This document shows positions 12,701-24,700 of a stretch of DNA of 64,000 bases, piece by piece. The notes under the pieces are model-generated. The model searched no databases and had not been told where the DNA came from. It saw nothing but the letters and a program-made list of their open reading frames with translations. The position numbers and the translations under genes are program-made. The stretch comes from Ranitomeya imitator (taxonomy: Eukaryota), in NCBI RefSeq assembly GCF_032444005.1, contig NC_091286.1, positions 331,204,001-331,268,000 on the forward strand, written 5' to 3'. Position 1 is the first letter of the stretch. Each line of letters starts with the position of its first letter.

Positions 12701-15700
12701 GATCATGAAAAATGGAGACGCTACGGGTATCGGAAAATGGCGCAATTTTTTTTTTTTTTTGTTTACCAAAGTTTAAATTTTTTTTTCACCACTTAGGTAA
12801 AAAATAACCCAGTCATGTTAGGTGTCTATGAACTCGTACTGAACTGGAGAATCATAATGGCAGGTCAGTTGTAGCAATTAGTGAACCTAGCAAAAAAGCC
12901 AAACAAAAAACAATTGTGGGATTGCACTTTTTTTGCAATTTCACCGCACTTGGAATTTTTTTCCCGTTTTCTAGTACACGACATGCTAAAACCAATGATG
13001 TCGTTCAAAAGTACAACTCGTCCTGCAAAATATAAGCCCTCACATGGCCAAATTGACGGAAAAATAAAAACGTTATGGCTCTGGGAAGGAGAGGAGTGAA
13101 AAACGAACACGAAAAAACGAAAAATCCCAAGGTCATGAAGGGGTTAAATAAACTGATATTGCACTCTGTGATGATATGCCTGCTTAAAAGGTGATTGCAT
13201 GAAGGCCATGTTAGGTACTGTAAGTGTTCATCTTCTGGCTTCAAACGGTTCCAGTTGACAGTCTTTACATATACTTAATTTAAAGCAGCACTAATGGACC
13301 ATACTGTCTCTTTAATGTAGTACTGTCCACCTCTGTTACATCTATACATTCCACCTTCATTATAGACATTTGACAACTCATCCAGTACACGTGCTAATAT
13401 GTAGACAGAAAGCTGGTCTGTGAGCTGCAGGATGACATCCACACCTATCACATCCTTGCTGAAAAAAAGCCGTAATACTCGGCATACATGAGAGCATCTG
13501 TAGTATATGGTTTATTGTTATCAAAACCAATTGGCAAAAATTTTACCTAACCCTTTAATTTGTGCCACAGGCCGAATTTTTCTGTGAGCTTTATAAACCA
13601 GAGATTACAGTGCGAGAGCTGGATGTTTCTGTTGGCAGAGTTGAGATGCTTAGAAGACAAACTGAAAGCATTCGTGTTCACAGGTATGTAGTTGTGTATA
13701 ATAATGATTTTTAAGAGTTAACTCCTCCAGGATACACCGCAACAGCATATCCACGCAGAAATGTAAATGTTGGTCTCAAATCTCCCGTGTGTGCAAATAT
13801 CTGTAACTTGTGAACATTCTCCAACCCTCCAGAATTTGAAATATATCTCCAGTTGAAAACAAAAAGGGAAACCTTTTAAGGAATCTGCTCATTAACCCCT
13901 TAACGACTGCTGTTAAAACGGTGGCGGTTAAGGGACTTTATTCCCTCATTGCCGTTTGAAAACGGCGACCGGGAATAAGTATTTAGCGCCCTCCCAGCGC
14001 CAGAAATCCTCCGGCATTTCAGCTACCGGGGGTAGCTCTGACCCTGGAGGACATGATCAAGGCCTGTTTTTCCAGTCCCCGATCACGTAAAAAAAAAAAG
14101 TGCCCTCTTTTAAGAATATTTATCTGTCTTCTGACTTGATATACATGTCACAAGAGAAAGAAATGAGGTTCCCAACCCCTCCTGGAGCCTCCGCTTTACC
14201 CCTATCCCTCCAGCTCTGTCCCCACCCCTCCGCCAAGTCTTCCTGGAAAAAGTGGGTGCATGCGCAGTGCGCCTGCTGAGATCTGCCAGCCGGTACCTGG
14301 CAACAGCGGGGATTTTTCTTATTGGTAATTTTGATCACTGTGATAGGGTCTGTCATACCCGAGCACCCAGATGCATACTCGAGTAGCGAGCACTTGTGCT
14401 CAACGCTGAAAACAATATATTTAATATGACGACCTAATATCAAATTCTGTATAGTACCTTTGTGTTACAATAACTCACTATACCGCTGGATAAAATCCTT
14501 CAGGGGTGTAATTTCCAAAATGGGGTCACTTGTGGTGGATTTCCATTGTTTAGGCACATCAGGGGGGGTCTACAAACCCAACTTGATGGCCGCTCTTGAT
14601 TCCTTTTTTTATGCATTAAAAAAGTCAAACTGTTCTCCTCCCTGTCCGAGCCCTGCCATGTGCGAAAATAGTAGTGAAGAACTGAAGGGTTAATAAACTT
14701 CTTGAATGTGGTTTTGATCTCCTTGAGAGGTGTAGTTTTAAAAATGTACACTTTGGGTATTCCCTGTCATATAGACCCCTCAAAGTCACTTCAAATGTGA
14801 TGTGGTGCATAAAAAATGGTTTTTACCATACAATGTAAAGAAAAGCTGAAAGAAAAATCTTTGGAGTTGTATGGGGAAAACCAAACAATTCTGCAATCAT
14901 TGCTCTGGTTTTGTTTTCACAGCATTCATTGTTTGGTAAAAATGACCTGGTGACTGTATTGTGCTGATCTGTACGACCGCAGTGGTGTTTAACCGCCTTT
15001 CAAAACAATGAAAAATTGGACTGTGTCGCCATACTTTGAGACCCATAACTTTTATGAAGGAGCTGTGCATGTTTTTTTGTTTGAGGAGCTTTTGGTACAA
15101 ACATTTGATTGCTTTTATCTCCATTTTTTTATTCATTTTTTGTACATCTTTGGCCATTTTCCATGTTTAATGCTACTTTGATCTGCAGTGTATGTATGCT
15201 TTATTTTAATTATTTTTACTGATAGGTTTTATTTTTGTTTTCAGAGAGAAGATAAATTTTGCAGCAACACGACCATCTTCAATATTAATTGAACAGATTG
15301 CAGTGTGTGTTAATAAAGCAGAGCCTGTCTTGCTTGTTGGTGAAACTGGCACAGGCAAAACCTCCACCGTTCAGTATCTTGCTCATGTCGCAGGTATATT
15401 GTTGCATTTGTGCTGTATACATAGCCTGGACACTACTTGATGAGTGTCTGTTTTTGCAGTTGAAAAAAAAAAAAAAAATGATCCATTAAAAATGATCGTT
15501 TAGATGAGCTGTCTGGTTTAGCATACTGTATATACTAGAGTATAAGCCGACCCCCCAAATTTTGCCACAAAAAACTGGGAAAACCTAATGACTCGAGTAT
15601 AAGCCTAGGGTGGAAAATGCAGCAGCTACTGGTAAATTTCAAAAATAAAAATAGATACCAATAAAAGTAAAATTGATTGAAACATCAGTAGTTTGTGTTT

Positions 15701-18700
15701 TTGAATATTCATATTGAATCAGGAGCCCCATATAACGCTCCATACAGTTCATGATGGGCCCCATAAGATGCTCCATATTAAAATATTCCCCATATAATGC
15801 TTCACAAATGTTAATTATGGCCCCAAAGGATGCTCCATACAGACATTTGTCCCATACAATGCTGCACAAATGCTGATTATGGCCCCATAAGATGCTCCAT
15901 TGAGATATTTGCCCATATAATGCTGCACATGGCCCCATAGAGATATTTGCCCCATATAATGCTGCACATGGCCCCATACAGATATTTTCCCCATATAATG
16001 CTGCACATGGCCCCATACAGTCATTTGCCCCATATAATGCTGCACATGGCCCCATAAGATGCTCATACAGATATTTGCCCCATATAATGCTGTACATGGC
16101 CCCATACAGATATTTGCCCCATATAATGCTGCACATGGCCCCATACAGATATTTTCCCCATATAATGCTGCACATGGCCCCATACAGTCATTTGCCCCAT
16201 ATAATGCTGCACATGGCCCCATAAGATGCTCCATACAGACATTTGCCCCATATGCTGTTGCTGCGATTAAAAAAAAAAATCACATACTCGCCTCTCAGGC
16301 CCCCGTCACTTGCTATATTCACTGATCCGCATTCCACCGACGGCCGCCGCTGTGTCTTCCGCGTCCTCTGCACTGACGTTCAGGCAGAGGGCGGTGCACA
16401 CTAATCGCTTCACCACGCCTTCTGACCTGAGCGTCACTGCAGAGAACGCGGAAGACACAGCGGCGCCACCGATGGGACGGGAAACAGGTGAATATCGCGC
16501 ACTGCGTTATACTCACCTGCTCCTGGCGCTGTCCCTGGTTCTTCGCGGCAGCTTCTTCCTGTATTGAGTGGTCACATGGTACCGCTCATTACAGTAATGA
16601 ATATGCGGCTCCACCCCTATGGACCTCTCACTACAGGAAGAAGCTGCCGGCACCCGGAGAACCAGGGACCGCGCCAGGAGCAGTGAGTATTATTACACAG
16701 CTGCTGCACCCCCTCCCCTGCCGACCCCTGGTTATGACTCGAGTATAAGCCAAGAGGGGCAATTTCAGCCTAAAAAAATTGGCTGAAATTCTCGGCTTAT
16801 ACTTGAGTATATACGGTAAATTGAATTAACGATTCTGGCCCGTATATACAGATGAGAATAGCTCTTGCTTTGAGTTTACATTCTTGCAGTACATGAGTTA
16901 TTCATACAAATATCAGCATTTCTGTAACTAAATTATATCTTTTGTTTTAGCCTGATACAAAATTTTGTATCGTCTATACATTTGGGGGCAGGCATTGGTC
17001 TTGAGAGTTGTCCTCTGGATCATGTTTTCAGACTGATTTTAATTGTGCATGTTGCTGTAAATGGTACGGGTCGGAAGCATACTTTCTCTGTGGGAAAAGC
17101 GGTCACATGTAGATGAGTTTCTCAATTACACCATTACATAATGGACTGTATTGCACAAAAAAGTATTAGTTTTTCTAGGGCATGTTGGCCTAAGACCCAG
17201 CTACCTAATAAATTGCTGTTAGCATTATGCTATGTGTGTTAATTGGTTAGTGGCCATTGTGATTCAACATTTTCATCTATTACGCGTGTACAGGTCAGCG
17301 CCTTCGCATTGTCAATATGAACCAGCAGAGTGATACAGCTGATCTCTTAGGCGGGTAAGTGCATTGCATAGTATGATCCAAGCTATTAAAGAGAATTGTC
17401 TGTAGCATCAACCCTCCCAAGCCGACTGCATGGACATGCAGGTCATAGAAAGTTGAATAAAGTGATACCTTGATATCTGCAATGTGATATCTTATTCCCT
17501 AGAAATCCACATTTTTCTCAGTATATAAATGAGCTGGTAAGATATACATCATGTTCCAAATTATTATGCAAATTATATTTTTCTCGGATTTTCCTAAATA
17601 GTCGGTGCAAATGACAGTCAGTCTAATAAGTCATCACCCATTAGAGTATAAATCGAATTTTATTGAAGAAACCTCCCAATGATAACAGTATAATCTCCAA
17701 AATGAATACAAACTCAAAATGCACTGTTCAAAATTATTAGGCACAGTAGAATTTCTAAACAATTGATATGTTTTAAAGATCTGAAAATGCTCATTTGTGG
17801 AATTTGCAGCATTAGGAGGTTACATTCACTGAACAAAAAAGCCATTTACCTCCAAAACATCTTAACAGGCCAAGTTACATGTTAACATAGGACCCCTTCT
17901 TTGATATCACTTTCACAATTCTTGCATCCATTGAACTTGTGAGTTTTTGGAGAGTTTCTGTTTGTATTCCTTTGCATGAAGTCAGAATAGCCTTCCAGAG
18001 CTGCTGTTTTGAAGTGAACTGCCTCCAACCTTGATGATACTCCAAAGGTTATCTGTAAGGTTGAGGTCAGGGGAAGATGGTGGCCACACCATGAATTTAT
18101 CTCCTTTTATGCCCATAGCAGCCAATGAATCAGAGGTATTCTTTGCAGCATGAGATGGTACATTGTCATGCATGAAGATGATTTTGCTCCTGAAGGAACA
18201 TTTCTGCTTTTTATACCATGGAAGAAAGTTGTCAGTCAGAAACTATATGCTTTGCAGAGGTCATTTTCACACTTTCAGGAACCTTAAAGGGCCCTACCAG
18301 CTGTTTCCCCATGATTCCGGCCCAAAACATGACTTCTCCACCTCCTTGCTGACATCGCAGACTTGTTGGGACATGGTGGCCATCCACTACTCCATCTGGA
18401 CAATCCAGGGTTGCTCGACACTCATTAGTAAACAATACTGTTTGAAAATTAGTTTTCATGTATGTCTGGGCCCACTGCAACCATTTCTGCTTGTGAACAC
18501 TATTCAGGGGTGGCTGAATAGTAGGTTTATGAACCACAGCAAGTCTTTGAAGGATCCTACACCTTGAGGTACGAGGGACTCCAGAGGCACCAGCAGCTTC
18601 AAATATCTGTTTGCTGGTTTGTAATGGCTTTTTAGCATCTGCTCTCTGAATCCGATGAACTTGCCTGACAGAAACCTTCCTCATTTTGCCTTTATCAGCA

Positions 18701-21700
18701 CGAACACGTCTGTGCTCAGATTCAGCCACAAATCTAACAGTACGATGATCACTCTTAATTTTTCGGGAAATATCTAATGTTTTCATCCCTTGACGAAGGC
18801 ATTGCATTATTTGATGCTTTTCATCAGCAGTGAGATCCTTTTTCTTTCCCATGTTACTTGAAAACTCTGGCCTGCTTAATAATGTGGAACATCATTTTTA
18901 GCCCCTTCATGACCCAGCCTATTTTGACCTTAATGACCTGGCCATTTTTTGCAATTCTGACCAGTGTCCCTTTATGAGGTAATAACTCTGGAACGCTTCA
19001 ACGGATCCTGGCGAATCTGAGACTTTTTCGTGACATATTGGGCTTCATGTTAGTAGTAAATTTAGGTTGATAATTTTAGCGTTTATTAGTGAAAAAACTG
19101 AAATTTGGCGAAAATTTTTAAAAATTTCGCAATTTTCAAATTTTGATTTTTTTTAATTCTATTAAACCAGAGTTATGTGACACAAAATAGTTAATAAATA
19201 ACATTTGCCACCTGTCTAATTTACATCAGCACAATTTTGGAAACATTTTTTTTTTTGCTAGGAAGTTAGGAGAGTTAAAATTTGACCAGCGATTTCTCAT
19301 CTTACAACAAAATTTACAAAACCATTTTTTTTAGGGACCACCTCACATTTGAAGTCAGTTTGAGGGGTCTATATGGCGGAAAATACCCAACAGTGACACC
19401 ATTCTAAAAACTGCCCCCCTCAAGGTGCTCAAAACCACATTCAAGAAGTTTATTAACCCTTCAGGTGTTTCACAGCAGCAGAAGCAACTTGAAGGAAAAA
19501 ATGAACATTTAACTTTTTAGTCACAAAAATGATCTTTTAGCAACATTTTTTTTATTTTACCAAGGGTAAAAGGAGAAACTGGACCCCGAAAGTTGTTATC
19601 CAATTTGTCCTGAGTACGCCGATACCCCATATGTTGGGGGGAACCACTGTTTAGGCACACGACAAGGCTCGGAAGGGATGGAGCGCCATTTGACTTTTTG
19701 AATGAAAAGTTTGCTCCAATCTTTAGTGGACACCATGTCGCATTTGGAGAGCCCGTGTGCCTACAGATTGGAGCTCCCCCACAAGTGACCCCATGTTGGA
19801 AACCAGACCCCCCCCCCCCAAGGAACTTATCTAGATGCATAGTGAGTACCTTAAACCCCCAGGTGCTTCACAAGTTGATCCGTAAAAATGAAAAAGTACT
19901 TTTATTTCACAAAAAAGTTTTTTTAGCCTATATTTTTTCAGTTTCTCATGGGCAACAGTTTAAAATGGATCCTAAAATTTGTTGGGCAATTTCTCCTGAC
20001 TACACCGATACCTCACATGTGGGGGTAAACCACTGTTTAGGCACAGAGCAAGGCTCGGAAGGGAAGGAGCGCCATTTGACTTTTTGAATGAAAAAAGGCT
20101 CCAATCGTTAGCGGACACCATGTCGCGTTTGGAGAGCCCCTATATGCCTAAACATTGTAGCTCTCCCACAACTGACCCCCCAAGACCCCCCCCAAGGAGC
20201 TTATCTAGATGTGTGGTGAGCACTTTGAACCCCCAAGTGCTTCACAGAAGTTTTTAACGCAGAGCCGTAAAATAAAAAATATTTTTTTTCCTCATTTTTA
20301 GCCCGCAATTTTTTATTTTCACAAGGGTGACAGGAGATATTGGACCCCAAAAGTTGTTGCCAGTTTGTACTGAGTATGCTGGTACCCCATATGTGTGAGG
20401 GTAAACCACTTTTTGGGCACACGTCGCGGCTCAGAAGGGAAAGAGCACCATATGACTTTGAACACAAGATTGGCTGGAATCAATAGTGGCGCCGTGTCGC
20501 GTTTGGAGACCCCCTGATGTGCCTAAACAGTGGGAACCCCTCAATTCTAACTCCAACACTAACCCCAACACACCCCTAATCCCAACCCTAACCCCAACAC
20601 ACCCCTATCCCCAACACACCCCTAATCCCAAACCCACCCCAACACACCCCTAACCAGAATCCCAACCGTAACCCCAACACACCCCTAACCCTAATCCCAA
20701 CCCTAACCATAACTCTAACCACAAGCCTAACCCTAACCCCAACACAACCCTAATCTTAACCCTAATTCCAGCCCTAACCCTAATTCCAACCGTAATCCTA
20801 ATTCCAACCCTACTCCTAATGCTATGTGTGTGATGTTACTGTAAGGTTTTGGAACTCCTAGAGTGAACCCGCAGATCCGCGACAATGAACCTCCCAAGGG
20901 TGAGCTAGCCAGGTAGACCACCCCCAATACAGGAGCGTTAGGGGCAGGCCCAAGAGAGACTATTGCCGCAGAAGCTGGCACCTGGGGACAGGAAATAGGA
21001 GGTTCAAAAGAGAGATAGAGAGCGCAGGTCTGACCGAGCGAGAAAAGACGTTGGATGGACTGGTGTGGACTGGAAAGAAACGAGACAAGAAGATAACTGA
21101 AAATGACGCAGACACAGGGATGGCTGAGCGAGACAGAGGCGGAACGTGGACAGGACACGGAGGAGACACAGGACCGACAGAGTGTTCGTAGTTCCCTGGG
21201 CTCAGCTACCGCTCTCCCTGTCCCTGCAGGTCGGGTGAAATTTCAGTTAGCCCTTTCACCCGATCTGCAGGAACCCGATCATACCATGACACCATATAGA
21301 TGTCACAGGTCAGATTGGCACCGACTTTAGTTTTCCTTTAATTAGAATCACCTGGAAAACAAATTATCACATCTGTTTAAGATTGTTTTCTGTGATCCAT
21401 TGAGCCCTGAGACACAATACCATCCATGAGTTTATTTGAAAAACAAAACAATTAAATCTTTGACACTTAAATCCAATTTGTATAATAATTTGGAACACGG
21501 TGTATAGGCTGGTCACTGATCTCCCTGAGAATCTGCCTGTAGAGAGAGGACATTACCAGTGTGAGACAAGAGAGCAGACTCTCAGTCATTACATGTCTCA
21601 CATTAGTAACTCTCTGGAAGTAGATTCTCAGGGAAATTTATGTCCGACTCATAGATCTTAACGGCTCATTTGTGTTGATCATTCTGACAGATTCACTTAA

Positions 21701-24700
21701 ATCACTGATTTTTCTGTTAAATAAAAAAAAAGAAGGCAGCACTCCATTGTCTTAATGAAAACGTGCAGGATTTAATCGACCCACATGTCGGGCAACGTTT
21801 CGGCTCTGAATGAGCCTTTCTCAAGGCTTGAGAAAGGCTCATTCAGAGCCAAAACGTTGCCCAGACATGTGGGTCGATTAAATCCTGCACGTTTTCATTA
21901 AGACAATGGAGTGCTGCCTTCTTTTTTGAATTTATGTGAAGTGTGGACAATCGTTGGACAGATTGCCTGGGGGCCTTGCACCGAAGATAAGTAGAACATT
22001 GTGCTGTTCCATTTTTTATTAATATGATTTTTCTGTTAGAAATTACTTCAAACACTGGGGTAAGAAAAAGGGATTTACAATACTTTTGGTTTGTGTTCCT
22101 TGTCTATATTTTGAAGTGGTTGTGCCATCCTTGTATGGCATGTTGACATCATATTCTCTTGCTCTAATGGAAAAGTCAATCCAAGCATTTCATCCGTCTT
22201 ACTATTCATTTGAATGAAATGCTAGATCGCCCCTTTCTTAGTGACACCTACAGGGAACATAAGTGTCTGATGGGAACTTACACTGATGAGAGGCGCACGT
22301 AATGTTGAACCTACAACCCAGGTGTTTTGTATGTGTTGGCTTTAGAGAGGACCTTCCTCCCTCCTGATGATTGTTGTCAATAGTTGTGATTCCTCATAAA
22401 ATAACTTCTGAATCATATTTCCTTAGAACTTTGCATTGTTATTTCTGTTGAAAATGTACGTATTCCCAACTAATATATTGGCCTAAGGGCTTATTCACAT
22501 GTCCCGTGTGCGTAAAACTGACATTTTTGACCGGTCTGCTGGATCAGATTTTCATCCCATTTTGATTGGTGTATCCTTATTTACCAGTCATGTATAATTT
22601 CTCTCGCATTGGAAAAAAAATGACTGGCGGTTTTCTTCTTGCAACCAGTTATGAAAAGCGAAAAGTACTGAGATTGAAATTTGTAACTCTGACATCTATA
22701 TGCTGTCTGTTTTTTTTGCAGGTTCATTCTCTTGTGTAGGCAAGTTGGGTTTGATATTGAACCTTTTTATTTCCAGATAAAAAATGGATATGTGAAAAGG
22801 CCCATGGAATAGATGTCCATGTGCTATCCGAATATTTAAAAAAAATAATAAATAAATAAATGGACAGGACACGCACAACCATAAACAGATGTGTGAATGA
22901 GGCCTACGGGTGAATTCACGCTTGCCAAATTTGTTGCTGAAATTTCTACAACTGTCTCACGTATTTCTTTAGGATTTGCTGAAATCCATGCACATGTTGC
23001 AAAAATACTCTCCTTCAGATGAAACAAAATTTCAGCATCAAATCTGCCTATAAATATCCTGTAACTGCTAAAAACTGCTGCCTGGTGATCTACTTCTAAT
23101 CGGTCTGCTTTTTGGAATGATGATTCCTCTATCACTATTGTTCTTATAGGGAACCTGTCATGTGAAAAAATGACAAAGTTTTAATAAAAAAAATGTAATT
23201 AACTTGCAGATATGAGGTTAGCTTGCTCAGCGGCAGCACTTATTAGAGCTCTGCTGCCAGTAGGAAATGAACTTTATTCCTTTCAGCAGCACTCTGCTAC
23301 CAGCCATTGGGGTGACGCCGGTGCTGGTACAGTCACTGCTCGGTGCATTGTGAGTGGCGGCTGTAACCACGTTCCCTCCACTGACTGATGGACTCATTAG
23401 GGTGAGCAGTCGGGCAGTGCCGGGATCGCGGTTACAGCCACAGAGCGGTGACTAAACCCGCGCTAGTGCCGCCCCCGTGACTGAAAGAACGAGATTGCTG
23501 GAAGAAATAAAGTTAATTTCCTCCTGGCAGCCTTTTAAGTGCTGGGCAGGTTTAGAATGCTATTAACATGTAGATTAACCCCATAGCTGCAGCTTAATAG
23601 CGTTTTTTCACATGACAGGTTCACTTTGAAGTCATTGTTCACTTTTTGGACATTAATCAGCTTGTTTGGGTCTCCTTCAATAGTCCACAAGCTGACAGGA
23701 ATAGTCTACTTTTCTCTTCCAAACAAGGGTATCCAATAATAAGCATTTAAGTTAAAATTTCAATTTTTATTCTTTACCTTTCAAAATGGCTAATACTTAG
23801 TGGAAAGTGACCATTCTCCTTTTTTTTTTTTTAAATTTATTTATTTTTTAAATAACTGCTGATTTTAGGTACAAGCCCGTGGACCACAAACTGATATGGT
23901 TACCTTTGCGTGAAGGCTTTGAGGGGCTTTTTACACAAACCTTTTCAAGGAAACAAAACACAGCATTTTTGGGCCACATTAACACATGTTATAAAAAGAA
24001 GAGGTGGCAGGATCTCCTTAAATTAATGCAACATGTTCTGAAAAACGCCATGGCTAAGGTTCAGGCTGGAGACACCGGTGAGTTGGCACAGAACGGCTTG
24101 GACAAAGTGTCATTTTAGTTCTTGATTTCCTCATGCCATGTGACAATGTTTCTCTTCTTATATTCGTTCGGATATACATAATTCCTCTTACCTGCCTACT
24201 TTATCCTCCTATTAGAATTTTTGTTAAAAGAAAAATGGGAAGCCTTTTCTCTGCGTCTTAATCAAGCCCAGCAGCAAATGAGGATGACTGAGAACGCTGT
24301 GCTTTTTGCATTTGTAGAGGTATATTTCTTTGTTGAAAACATAATTTTATATTGCAGCAAATTGTCACTACGCGAAGTTCTAATTTCAGCTTTTGCTTCA
24401 AGTTGCATACATCACAGGACATGACTAACATTTTAGAACATAAAGCTTTTTTAGAAAATTACGAATGTAAAATATTTTTTCTTTATCCAAGGCCGATATT
24501 AATGGGTTCTCCAAGAAAATAAAAAGGTGCATGCAAATGTTAATTAATTCTAAAACCTCATTCAGACTTTAGTTTTTCGCGTACAAGTGTTATCTGTATT
24601 TTTTTTTCCCTTCCACGGATAGCACTCGTACCTACCACCTTTGATAGTGTATGGGGCTGTTCACACGTTAACATTTTCTTTTCTTCGGACCAGTGGTCCA

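Larger units (their letters stand above)
17547..21502 (-). mobile_element. Tc1 transposon (decayed transposase), split by a nested insertion at 18902-21327
   Basis: TA|CATCATGTTCCAAATTATTATGCAAAT ... ATTTGTATAATAATTTGGAACACGGTG|TA; transposase remnants in minus-strand ORFs 18232-18852 and 17982-18173. Confidence 0.92.

Noticed and set aside
15639-16325. Repetitive ORFs (MGPCAALYG.., WGHVQHYMG..)
   Set aside because: Produced by the 39-bp (multiple of 3) minisatellite inside a MITE; open in several frames on both strands.
20550-20820. True telomere or chromosome-fusion scar
   Set aside because: Single orientation, degenerate, and at the same internal position in two transposon copies inside a continuous gene.
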